Source of the DNA: Lachnospiraceae bacterium
Lineage (GTDB): Bacteria; Bacillota; Clostridia; Lachnospirales; Lachnospiraceae
Length of the DNA: 64,000 nucleotides
Direction: 5' to 3'
Assembly (NCBI GenBank): GCA_022768465.1
Contig: JALELZ010000029.1
Location: 745 to 64,744, forward strand
The notes beneath the pieces were generated by a model. The model worked only from the letters and a program-made list of their open reading frames with translations. It ran no database searches and was not told the DNA's origin. The position numbers and the translations under genes were made by a program. Within the stretch, counting starts at the first letter, position 1; each line of letters begins with the position of its first letter. This document shows positions 27,529 to 36,076 of this stretch, one piece after another.

Positions 27529-29361
27529 TCAGCCGATAAGTCCTGCGAAAAATTTCTCTGTTTCAGGAATGTCGTGCTCGGTCACCTGGCGCTTAAGCTC
27601 TGAAAGATCATCGAATTTTCTTTCATGTCTTATGAAATAACAAAGCTCTATTCTTGCAAATTTGCCGTAGCAGTCTCCGATGTCTCCGAAAACATGAGTT
27701 TCAAGTCTGAGACCTGTTTTCTCTGCTCCGTCCTCATTGACTGTAGGCGCATAACCAAGGTTTGCGATTCCTGTCCTTGTACGTATGCTGCTGCCCTTTT
27801 TGTCATCATATATGTTGACTCTTACAGCATATACTCCGTTCGGCGGAAGTATCAGCTCCTCAGGCACTGCTATGTTTAATGTCGGCATAGCAAGCTTATC
27901 TGTTCCTATATGCTTTCCGTGGATAACGACTCCGCTTATAGCATACGGAGCTCCGAGAAGTCTCGTAACATGCAGCATGTCCCCCTTTAAAAGCTCCGCT
28001 CTAAGAAGTGTCGAGCTTATAATGGTGGCCTTTCCTTCAAGATTGGAGCTTGTCCTTTCTGAAGGCTCCTTTCCTTCCATGCAGCCTGCATCATCAGCTG
28101 TCTGCTTTAAGTCTATGGTCACCTTCTCTATAAGCTTTACCTCATAGCCGTATTCTTCGGCATGAGCCTTAAGGAATTCTGCATTTCCTGCTCTTCCCTT
28201 TCCGAAGCTTACGTCATCTCCGGCAACAATAGCCTTCATGTTATATTTGTCTATAAGAATATTTTTAAGAAAATCCTCTGCAGTTGTATTTTTTATCTCG
28301 TCAGTAAATTCCAGCTCAATGCTGTAATCTATACCAAGCTCTGCCATCTTCATTTTTCTGTCAAGATCCGAAAGCACGGTTTCTTTTCCGAATTTGAAAA
28401 TGATGACACAGGTGCGAAGTCCTTTTTTATCGGCAAGTCTCTTAAGATCCTTTAAAAGTGTCTGATGACCTACATGTGTACCGTCAAACTTGCCTATGGA
28501 AATAGCTGTCGGTGCCTCTATGGTAAATGCCGCATCAAGTGAGCCCTTATCTCTGATCGCTTCAACGTCACTAAGCCTTATTGAATCCTCTATCTTAAAG
28601 CGTCCTACCTGCTCTCTTACAAGTGATTCCATGCAGGCTCCGCATTGAAGCATTTCTCCGATATCATGACAAAGAGTCCTGATATAAGTGCCCTGAGAAC
28701 ATTTTACTGTAAATACTACATGAGGAAGCTCCATGCTTTCTATGCTGATATCATAAATATGCACGTGCTTTCGTTTTCGTTCAACTTCAACTCCTGCTCT
28801 GGCATATTCATAAAGCTTTTTTCCGTTAACCTTCCTTGCGGAATACTTTGGTGTAAGCTGATCATATTCTCTGATGAATGAAAGGATCGCCGCTTTTACT
28901 GTAGCTTCGTCAGGAGCTTTTCCGTCATTCTTTTCTATCGCATAGGCCTGCTCAGTAATTGCCTTCACTCCGGACGAACTATTTGCAAAATCGGCATTTG
29001 AATAAAAGGCATAGCCGTCATCCGGCACTGACTCAGAGTTTTCATCTGTTACTCTAAATTCCCTGCCAAAAATCGAAAGCAGCTTTCCTGTTATATCCTC
29101 TGTATCAGTGACAGCACCAAGGAGCATCCCAGCCTTATAAACCTTTACCTCGTGCCCGACCTTGTCGACATCCTTTGTTGCACGTCCGACTGCTACCGGA
29201 AGGACTCCCTCAGCCATCGGATCAAGCGTCCCTGCATGGCCTATGCGTCTTACGCCTAATATGCCCTTAAGCTTTGCGCATACATCCATGGAGGTCCAGC
29301 CACTTTCCTTATATATATTTAAAAATCCGTTGTAGCGGTAAAATGACATAGTAATATCCAA
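27529..29361 (-). CDS. Fused tRNA pseudouridine-55 synthase TruB / bifunctional riboflavin kinase-FAD synthetase RibF
   Basis: Single 610-aa frame. TruB motifs GHAGTLDPMAEGVLPV and KYSARKVNGKKLYEYAR are followed without a stop by RibF motifs SIGKFDGTHVGHQ and a riboflavin kinase C-terminus. Confidence 0.9.
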   Translation of the reverse strand: MDITMSFYRYNGFLNIYKESGWTSMDVCAKLKGILGVRRIGHAGTLDPMAEGVLPVAVGRATKDVDKVGHEVKVYKAGMLLGAVTDTEDITGKLLSIFGREFRVTDENSESVPDDGYAFYSNADFANSSSGVKAITEQAYAIEKNDGKAPDEATVKAAILSFIREYDQLTPKYSARKVNGKKLYEYARAGVEVERKRKHVHIYDISIESMELPHVVFTVKCSQGTYIRTLCHDIGEMLQCGACMESLVREQVGRFKIEDSIRLSDVEAIRDKGSLDAAFTIEAPTAISIGKFDGTHVGHQTLLKDLKRLADKKGLRTCVIIFKFGKETVLSDLDRKMKMAELGIDYSIELEFTDEIKNTTAEDFLKNILIDKYNMKAIVAGDDVSFGKGRAGNAEFLKAHAEEYGYEVKLIEKVTIDLKQTADDAGCMEGKEPSERTSSNLEGKATIISSTLLRAELLKGDMLHVTRLLGAPYAISGVVIHGKHIGTDKLAMPTLNIAVPEELILPPNGVYAVRVNIYDDKKGSSIRTRTGIANLGYAPTVNEDGAEKTGLRLETHVFGDIGDCYGKFARIELCYFIRHERKFDDLSELKRQVTEHDIPETEKFFAGLIG

Positions 29362-29374
29362 ATTCCAATCAGTA

Positions 29375-30361
29375 TTATATAGCTGCCTTTAATTGCTTTC
29401 CGAATTCAGCAGCGATCTCTTCGATATTTTTCTCAAAATCCTTCGAGACAAAGCAGCCTGCTGCTCGCTTATGGCCTCCGCCTCCGTATTTCTGTGCTAT
29501 TACGCTGACATCAATAATGTCGGAGTTTGATCTGAGGCTTGCCTTAACTCTTCCGTCAAGTGTTTCATACATGTATACCGCAGCCAGAGCTCCTGTTGTA
29601 GAACGCATGTTATCTATCATGCCTTCCATATCCATTTTCTCTGCACCAAGCTCTTTGCGCTTTGCCATATCTGTCCAGCCGTAAACAAGCTTTCCGTCAA
29701 AGCGACTCTTCATATTGTTTAATATATAGCCGAGCATGACCTTTTGATCAAAGTTCATGGCAAAGAAGGAATCCTCTATGATGCTTCCGAAATCAATGCC
29801 GTAATCCATGCATTTTCCGGCGATCTCCATGGTACTTCTGTGCGTGGTATTATGTCTGAACACACCGGTGTCATGAACTATTCCTGTATAAATACACTCA
29901 GCCACTGCCTTATCCACATACTGCTCGTCCATCAGGGTATAGAGCACCTCTGATGCAGAGGATGCGTCTCCGCGAACTAAAGCCATGTCGCAAAATCCAG
30001 GATTTGTAATGTGGTGGTCTATAAGAAGTGATCTTTCGGCATCCTCAAGATATGACCCTAATTTACCTATCCTTCCGATATCCGCACAGTCAAGTACGAC
30101 TGCCAGATCATATTTAATTCCGTCTCTTGCAGAGCTTATGATATTCGAGCCCTTCAGGAAATAGAATTTTTTATTTATCTCCTCAAGGTATGGCTGAACT
30201 GTCTTTTCACTGCCGCCCGGAAGATTTTTTATATAATTATACGCACCGAGGACGGAGCCTATGCAGTCTCCGTCCGGGCTTATATGCCCCAGAAGGCAGA
30301 TCGTCTTTGCCTTAAGGAGCGCTTCATTAAATTTTTCTTTAGTAAGCTGTTCAATCATCAT
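29375..30361 (-). CDS. nrnA: DHH/DHHA1 phosphoesterase (NrnA-like oligoribonuclease/pAp phosphatase)
   Basis: GHISPDGDCIGS, LIDHH, GGGGHKRAAG (DHHA1). Confidence 0.85.
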   Translation of the reverse strand: MMIEQLTKEKFNEALLKAKTICLLGHISPDGDCIGSVLGAYNYIKNLPGGSEKTVQPYLEEINKKFYFLKGSNIISSARDGIKYDLAVVLDCADIGRIGKLGSYLEDAERSLLIDHHITNPGFCDMALVRGDASSASEVLYTLMDEQYVDKAVAECIYTGIVHDTGVFRHNTTHRSTMEIAGKCMDYGIDFGSIIEDSFFAMNFDQKVMLGYILNNMKSRFDGKLVYGWTDMAKRKELGAEKMDMEGMIDNMRSTTGALAAVYMYETLDGRVKASLRSNSDIIDVSVIAQKYGGGGHKRAAGCFVSKDFEKNIEEIAAEFGKQLKAAI

Positions 30362-30776
30362 TCTCTTCTAATTCCGTATCTATGTCAGCCTCTGACTCTT
30401 CGGACTCAGCACGACCGATTCCGCCTGTCTTAGCTAATTCCTCAATCTTCATGGACATTTCCATAGCGTATTCCATGCTTCTGTCAGGAACAAACTGCAG
30501 CATAGGTGTCTTTCTGAGATTGACTGTATGTGCGAGCTCACGTCTGATGAAGCCCTCTGCATTCTTGAGGCCTTCAATACTCTCCATAAGAAGCTCATCA
30601 GAGCCAAGTGATGATACATGCACCTTGCAGAACTGAAGATCAGGCGTCACTTCAACTCTGGTGATAGTAAGCAGCGGATCGATCCTCGGATCTTTTACTT
30701 CTTCTCTTATGATAACGGAAAGCTCACGCATGACCTCGCCGTTTATTCTGTTGTTTTTAATGCTGCCTTTTTTCAT
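30351..30776 (-). CDS. rbfA: Ribosome-binding factor A with an acidic C-terminal tail
   Basis: RINGEVMRELSVIIREEVKDPRI...VEVTPDLQFCKVHV... Confidence 0.9.
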   Translation of the reverse strand: MKKGSIKNNRINGEVMRELSVIIREEVKDPRIDPLLTITRVEVTPDLQFCKVHVSSLGSDELLMESIEGLKNAEGFIRRELAHTVNLRKTPMLQFVPDRSMEYAMEMSMKIEELAKTGGIGRAESEESEADIDTELEENDD

Positions 30777-30791
30777 TTCTACTCCATAAAA

Positions 30792-30822
30792 CCATTCGCA
30801 TTCCGGCTTCGCCTACATGCTC
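30792..30822. repeat. 31-bp direct repeat, copy A (infB-rbfA spacer)
   Basis: CCATTCGCATTCCGGCTTCGCCTACATGCTC, identical to 30903-30933. Confidence 0.9.
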
Positions 30823-30902
30823 TCCGCACGTCCTTAATCACTTGCTGACTTTTGCAGCTATGTTTCCTGATTGCTTTTTTTAGCTGAATCAGCGCCATGC
30901 GG

Positions 30903-30933
30903 CCATTCGCATTCCGGCTTCGCCTACATGCTC
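30903..30933. repeat. 31-bp direct repeat, copy B
   Basis: Identical 31-mer 111 bp from copy A. Confidence 0.9.
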
Positions 30934-30955
30934 ATGGAATGATACAAGCAAAGCT

Positions 30956-31057
30956 TATGCGTGATAAATCACGCATATATGAGTTGTGCTCATATACGGA
31001 GCACGTACAGATGCTTTCGTGAAAGCAAGCTTTCTCTCAAGTATCTGTACATGCTCC
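30956..31057 (-). other. Three consecutive strong hairpins in the infB-rbfA spacer
   Basis: TATGCGTGAT/ATCACGCATA (30956-30977). TATATGAG/CTCATATA (30976-30996). 17-bp arms GGAGCACGTACAGATGC/GTATCTGTACATGCTCC (30998-31057; one mismatch, one wobble). Confidence 0.7.
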
Positions 31058-31091
31058 TAAGCTTTGCTGATTATAATTGCTTATTCTCGCA

Positions 31092-33866
31092 TTACTTTCT
31101 CGGTACCTGAACCATCTTGTAGATTTCCATGGTATCGTCTACTGCGACATCTGTGAAGTCGTCTAATACGATTCCGCACTCGAAGCCAGTCTTAACTTCC
31201 TTGACCTCATCCTTGAAGCGCTTAAGTGATGCTATGTCTCCGTCGAAGATCATCTTGTCACCTCTATACACTCTTGCCTTTGAGCCTCTCTCGATCACAC
31301 CGTCGGTTACATAAGAGCCTGCAATGATTCCGACTCCTGAAGACTTGAAGATCTGTCTTATGATAGCTCTTCCTGTGTTCTGCGGCTCATATACAGGTGC
31401 AAGCATTCCTGTGAGTGCTGCCTCAAGATCCTCTATAGCCTGATAGATGACCTTGTAGAGACGCATGTCTATCTTCTCTGTTTCTGCCTTTGCCTTTGCT
31501 GTTGCATCAGGCTTAACGTTAAATCCGATGATGATAGCATTTGCTGCTGAGGCAAGGTTAACATCTGACTCGTTGATATTACCTGCTGCAGCGTGGATAA
31601 CCTTAACTGCAACCTCTTCGTTAGAAAGCTTTCCGAGGCTCTGCTTAACTGCCTCAACAGATCCCTGAACGTCTGCTTTAACGATGATTGGAAGCTCCTT
31701 GATATTACCTGCCTTGATTTCATCAAACAGATCATCAAGATTCATCTTCTTCTTGGTTTCCTCAAGCATGTGCTTCTTCTGCTCTGCAATGAAGGTCTCG
31801 GCAATGCTTCTTGCCTCCTTCTCGTCCTTGCAGACCATGAATACTTCACCTGCATTAGGCACATCATTAAGTCCTAATATCTCTGCCGGATATGACGGAA
31901 GCACCTTCTTAACCTGATTGTGCTTATCATCAAGCATTGCACGGACCTTACCGTAGCAGGCTCCTGCAACAACATTATCTCCGACCTTTAAGGTTCCCTT
32001 CTGAACAAGTACTGTAGCAACAGGTCCTCTTCCCTTATCAAGCTGTGCCTCGATAACGAGACCTCTTGCTCTTCTGTTAGGATTTGCCTTGAGCTCAAGC
32101 ACATCTGCCTCAAGAAGTATCATGTCAAGAAGATCCTTGATGCCGTCTCCGGTCTTGGCGGAAACAGGAACCATCGGTGTTGAACCGCCCCATTCCTCTG
32201 CTATAAGGCCGTACTCTGAAAGCTCGTTTCTTACAAGATCAGGGTTGGCTGTAGGCTTATCCATCTTGTTGATGGCAACGATAACCTCAACTCCTGCTGC
32301 CTTGGCATGGTTGATGGCCTCTATTGTCTGAGGCTTAACTCCGTCATCGGCTGCAACTACAAGTACAGCTATATCTGTTGACTGAGCACCTCTTAAACGC
32401 ATTGCTGTGAATGCCTCGTGTCCCGGTGTATCAAGGAAGGTTATGCATCTGTCTCCTACCTTAACTACGGAAGCACCGATATGCTGTGTGATTCCGCCCG
32501 CCTCACGGCTTGTAACGTTAGAGCTTCTGATAGCATCAAGTAAGGATGTCTTACCATGGTCAACGTGACCCATAACGCAGACAACAGGGTTTCTTGTAAC
32601 AAGCTTTGACTCGTCCTCCTCGTCCTCCTTTAAGAGCTCTGCAATAACATCGACCTCTACTTCCTTCTCGCAAAGGATATCGTACTCCATTGCAATTTCC
32701 TCTGCCTCTTCGTAGCTGAGATCTGTATTAGGTGTAACCATCTTTCCTGCAAGGAAGAGCTTCTTAACTATAACGCTCGGCTGAAGACGAAGCTTATCTG
32801 CAAGCTCCTTGATTGTAAGAGTCTCAGGGATAGTGATTACCTTGATCTCATCTTCCGGCTTCTCTGCCTTTGGCTCAGGCTTTATGAATGCGCCCTTGCC
32901 GCTCTTTGGCTTGTTTGCTGCAGAAAGATCATCAACGTACTTATCTCTTCTGTCCTTCTTGTCCTTGCCTGAGTATGAATTTCTTCCTCTGCCGTTCTGA
33001 TTCTTGCTCTGAGGTGCTTCAAATTGAGCTCCTCCGCCGCTTCTGCCGCCGCCCTGCTGTCCTCCTGCAGGTCTTGGTCCTCTCTGGCCCGGTGCAGCAT
33101 TGCCTCTTCCGGCAAAGCCTCTTCCGCCGCCCTTCTGTGCGTCCTGATTCTGACCGTTCTGGCCTCTCTGGCCCTGATTGTTTCCATCGAAACGTCTCTG
33201 TCCGTCATTTGGACGAGGTCTTCTCTGTCCGTCTCCGCCGTTTCTTGCGGCATTTCTCTGGCTGTTTTCTGTTCTTGCCTTTCTTGATGCCTCGGCAATA
33301 ACTGCAGCAGCATCGTAGTTGGCATAGGATTTAACTATCTTAACCTTAGGCATGATAGGATCTGTAAGGCTCGGCTTCTTAACAGGCTCAGCCTGCTCTT
33401 TTGTCTCTGCTGCCTTTGGCTCCTCTGTCTTTGCAGGCGCTTCTGTCTTAGCGCTTGGAGCAGCTGCCTCTGTATGTGCCTCGTTCTTTACTGCAGGCTC
33501 TGCTTTTGCAGCAGGCTCAACTGCAGGCTTCTTAACTTCCTTTACATCTTCCTTTGGCATAGCCTCAGCCTTTTTCTCAGCTGCAGGTGCCGCAGGCTTA
33601 GCTGCAAGTCCTGCTGCAGGCTTAACAGGCTTTGTACCTGCAGGAAGCGGTCTCGGCTTCTTAACTGCTGCCTGAACGTCCTCCTTAACCTTTGGTTCTC
33701 CACCGTCGGCAGCATTTTTAAGTCTCTTCGGGAGTTCCTTGATACTAGTTGAATTCTGCTTTCTGAATACTACGTTCAGCTTTTTCTTTGGTGCAGCTGA
33801 CTTTCCTCCCTGAGTATTCTCTGCAGAACCTTTTATATTTTCATTATTTTCATTTCCCACAGGCAT
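31092..33866 (-). CDS. infB: Translation initiation factor IF-2
   Basis: 924 aa. Low-complexity A/K/P/E and G/R/Q N-terminal region, G-domain [26 protein letters not shown]. Confidence 0.97.
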   Translation of the reverse strand: MPVGNENNENIKGSAENTQGGKSAAPKKKLNVVFRKQNSTSIKELPKRLKNAADGGEPKVKEDVQAAVKKPRPLPAGTKPVKPAAGLAAKPAAPAAEKKAEAMPKEDVKEVKKPAVEPAAKAEPAVKNEAHTEAAAPSAKTEAPAKTEEPKAAETKEQAEPVKKPSLTDPIMPKVKIVKSYANYDAAAVIAEASRKARTENSQRNAARNGGDGQRRPRPNDGQRRFDGNNQGQRGQNGQNQDAQKGGGRGFAGRGNAAPGQRGPRPAGGQQGGGRSGGGAQFEAPQSKNQNGRGRNSYSGKDKKDRRDKYVDDLSAANKPKSGKGAFIKPEPKAEKPEDEIKVITIPETLTIKELADKLRLQPSVIVKKLFLAGKMVTPNTDLSYEEAEEIAMEYDILCEKEVEVDVIAELLKEDEEDESKLVTRNPVVCVMGHVDHGKTSLLDAIRSSNVTSREAGGITQHIGASVVKVGDRCITFLDTPGHEAFTAMRLRGAQSTDIAVLVVAADDGVKPQTIEAINHAKAAGVEVIVAINKMDKPTANPDLVRNELSEYGLIAEEWGGSTPMVPVSAKTGDGIKDLLDMILLEADVLELKANPNRRARGLVIEAQLDKGRGPVATVLVQKGTLKVGDNVVAGACYGKVRAMLDDKHNQVKKVLPSYPAEILGLNDVPNAGEVFMVCKDEKEARSIAETFIAEQKKHMLEETKKKMNLDDLFDEIKAGNIKELPIIVKADVQGSVEAVKQSLGKLSNEEVAVKVIHAAAGNINESDVNLASAANAIIIGFNVKPDATAKAKAETEKIDMRLYKVIYQAIEDLEAALTGMLAPVYEPQNTGRAIIRQIFKSSGVGIIAGSYVTDGVIERGSKARVYRGDKMIFDGDIASLKRFKDEVKEVKTGFECGIVLDDFTDVAVDDTMEIYKMVQVPRK

Positions 33867-34176
33867 TACCTCCCTCTGTCAATTCAAGTATATGCTCAGC
33901 AAAGCCGCTGTCTTCAATGGTGACAGCCGACCTTTCGTCACGTCCTATCCAATGTCCGAGCTCATCCTTTGTAAATGCCGAATCATAAACGGCAATATCT
34001 CTGTAGCTGCACATATCATGTACATGCTTTTTGGTCTTTTCCGAAGCATCTGAAGCTAATATACAAAGCTTCGATTTGCCTGTCTTTACGGATTCCTCCA
34101 CGGAAAATTCGCCCGAACGCAGCTTTCCTGCTCTGCAGGCAAGCCCTATAAGCTTTCCGATCTGTTTATCTGTCAA
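33850..34176 (-). CDS. L7Ae/L30e-family RNA-binding protein (YlxQ-like)
   Basis: LIGLACRAGKLRSGEFSVEESVKTGKSKLCILASDASEKT. It sits between nusA and infB and overlaps the infB start by 17 nt. Confidence 0.8.
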   Translation of the reverse strand: MTDKQIGKLIGLACRAGKLRSGEFSVEESVKTGKSKLCILASDASEKTKKHVHDMCSYRDIAVYDSAFTKDELGHWIGRDERSAVTIEDSGFAEHILELTEGGNACGK

Positions 34177-34188
34177 TTCGGCGCCTCT

Positions 34189-35466
34189 TTATTCCTCAGT
34201 CTCTGATTCTGCCTCAGCTTCTGCAGCGTCCTCTGTCATATCTGCCTCGCTGTCAGTCTCATAGTCAGCCTCCGCAGGAGCTTCCTCATATTCCTCTGAA
34301 GCTTCCTCATCGCTGTATTCTGAATCAGGATCATATTCTTCGGCATATTCCTCCATGCCCTCTGAATACTCGCCGTCCTCGTACTCACTGTCACCCATGG
34401 CTTCCATGCCGAGCTCATCAAGAAGTCCTGACTCCTGAGCCTGAGTCTCTGATTTAATATCTATCTTGTAGCCTGTAAGCTTAGCTGCAAGACGTGCATT
34501 CTGTCCTTCCTTACCTATTGCAAGTGAAAGCTGGTAATCCGGAACGATAACAACTGCTCCCTTTGAATCCTCATCAGCTACAACGCAGATTACCTTTGCA
34601 GGGCTTAATGCATTCTCGATAAGGAATGCAGGGTTCTCATCCCAGTTGATGATATCTATCTTCTCTCCGCCGAGCTCGTCAACGATTGAGTTAACTCTGG
34701 TTCCGTTTACTCCGACGCATGCACCTACAGGATCGACATTCTCATCGTGTGAGATAACAGCCATCTTTGTTCTTGATCCGGCCTCTCGTGCGATCTCCAT
34801 GATCTCAACAACGCCCTCTCTGATCTCTGAAACCTCTTCGGTGAAGAGACATTTTACAAGATCAGGATGTGTTCTTGAAACAGAGATTCTAGGTCCTCTG
34901 GGATTATTCTTAACCTCAAGCAGGTAAACCTTAACTCTCTGGTTAGGCTTTAAGGTCTCACCCTTTATCTGCTCATTTTCTGCAAGTATTGCATCAGCCT
35001 TTCCTAAGTTGATGGAAATGTTTTTGCCGAGATTTCTCTGTACAACGCCTGTCATTATGCCGTGCTCATGCTCTATAAAGTCACGGTAGATTGAGTTTCT
35101 CTCTTCCTCACGTATCTTCTGCTTGATAACGCCCTTTGCGTTCTGTGTTGAGATACGTCCGAACTTCTGTGAATCAACAGGAACCTTTACGCTGTCACCG
35201 AGCTGTGCATTTTTGTCTATCATAAGTGCATCAGGAAGACTTATCTCTTCAACAGGATCATAAACCTCGTCTACAACTGTCTTAACCTGTTCTATATGAT
35301 AATCATATGTGTTCTGATCGATGGTAACTATGCAGTTATCAGCCTTTCCGAAGTGGTTCTTGCAGGCAGTCAGCAGAGAGCTTTCAATTGCCTCAAACAG
35401 TGCCTCCTTCGGTATGCCGCGCTCTTTGCCAAGTACTTCGAGTGCATCCTTTAATTCGGTATTCAT
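34189..35466 (-). CDS. nusA: Transcription termination/antitermination factor NusA with a strongly acidic C-terminal tail of about 75 aa
   Basis: NTD, S1 and KH1/KH2 pattern (LAIGKEGQNARLAAKLTGYKIDI), then a D/E/Y-rich tail. Confidence 0.95.
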   Translation of the reverse strand: MNTELKDALEVLGKERGIPKEALFEAIESSLLTACKNHFGKADNCIVTIDQNTYDYHIEQVKTVVDEVYDPVEEISLPDALMIDKNAQLGDSVKVPVDSQKFGRISTQNAKGVIKQKIREEERNSIYRDFIEHEHGIMTGVVQRNLGKNISINLGKADAILAENEQIKGETLKPNQRVKVYLLEVKNNPRGPRISVSRTHPDLVKCLFTEEVSEIREGVVEIMEIAREAGSRTKMAVISHDENVDPVGACVGVNGTRVNSIVDELGGEKIDIINWDENPAFLIENALSPAKVICVVADEDSKGAVVIVPDYQLSLAIGKEGQNARLAAKLTGYKIDIKSETQAQESGLLDELGMEAMGDSEYEDGEYSEGMEEYAEEYDPDSEYSDEEASEEYEEAPAEADYETDSEADMTEDAAEAEAESETEE

Positions 35467-35482
35467 CCCAATCTCTCCTTAA

Positions 35483-35902
35483 TTAATCATTATCCTCAGC
35501 ATTGCTGCTGTTTAAAAATCCCTTAGAACAAACCTCAAGGGTATATGCTTCTTTTATAAAATCTTCCTTATCCAGCCATTTTCCGAGATATCTCGAAACC
35601 TTTGCGCAGTCATTTATATCAATGCCCGGCATATATTCGTCAGTCTTTAAGTCATCCTCTCCGACACTATTGTTTACAAGCGCACTATCCTCTATGCCTG
35701 TAATGTCATCGGCCTTTGCTTCCTTTTCTGCCTCATACTTTTCCTTACGCTTATTTATCTCCTCTTCGGTAAGGTCGATATAAAGCCTTAAGTACCAGTT
35801 ATGCTCTTCCTCAACAAATTCGCTCTTTATCAGTGTAAAGCCGTTTTTATCAAGGAAAGGTTTGATATAGTCGTCTGTTTTTGTTAAATAGTTTGTTTTC
35901 AT
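35483..35902 (-). CDS. rimP: Ribosome maturation factor RimP
   Basis: Start moved to ATG 35902 (MKTNYLTKTDDYIKPFLDKNGFTL...LEVCSKG). First gene of the nusA-infB operon. Confidence 0.85.
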   Translation of the reverse strand: MKTNYLTKTDDYIKPFLDKNGFTLIKSEFVEEEHNWYLRLYIDLTEEEINKRKEKYEAEKEAKADDITGIEDSALVNNSVGEDDLKTDEYMPGIDINDCAKVSRYLGKWLDKEDFIKEAYTLEVCSKGFLNSSNAEDND

Positions 35903-35923
35903 TCGTATTCCTTCGCAAAGATT

Positions 35924-35949
35924 AAGGAGTGGACTTGTGTCCACTCCTT
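35924..35949 (-). promoter_or_regulatory. GC-rich hairpin with an interrupted U-tract in the rimP-nusA 5' leader (attenuator candidate)
   Basis: AAGGAGTGGAC acaa GTCCACTCCTT followed by AATCTTTG. It ends 21 nt before the rimP ATG. Confidence 0.5.
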
Positions 35950-36076
35950 GAAAAAATGTACTATAACTCTATACAGATTAACACGATTCAACTTGTAAAT
36001 CAAGCTGTAAATGCTTAAAAACCGCATGAAATAAGGATTTTCCCGATATTTTCAATGTTTTTTATGATTTTTTGAT

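Noticed and set aside
34189-34420. Recurrent strongly acidic C-terminal tails (NusA, RbfA, RpoC, plus an acidic insert in RimP)
   Set aside because: This is compositional and probably a lineage trait. No shared repeat or motif links them, so it is not evidence of a system.
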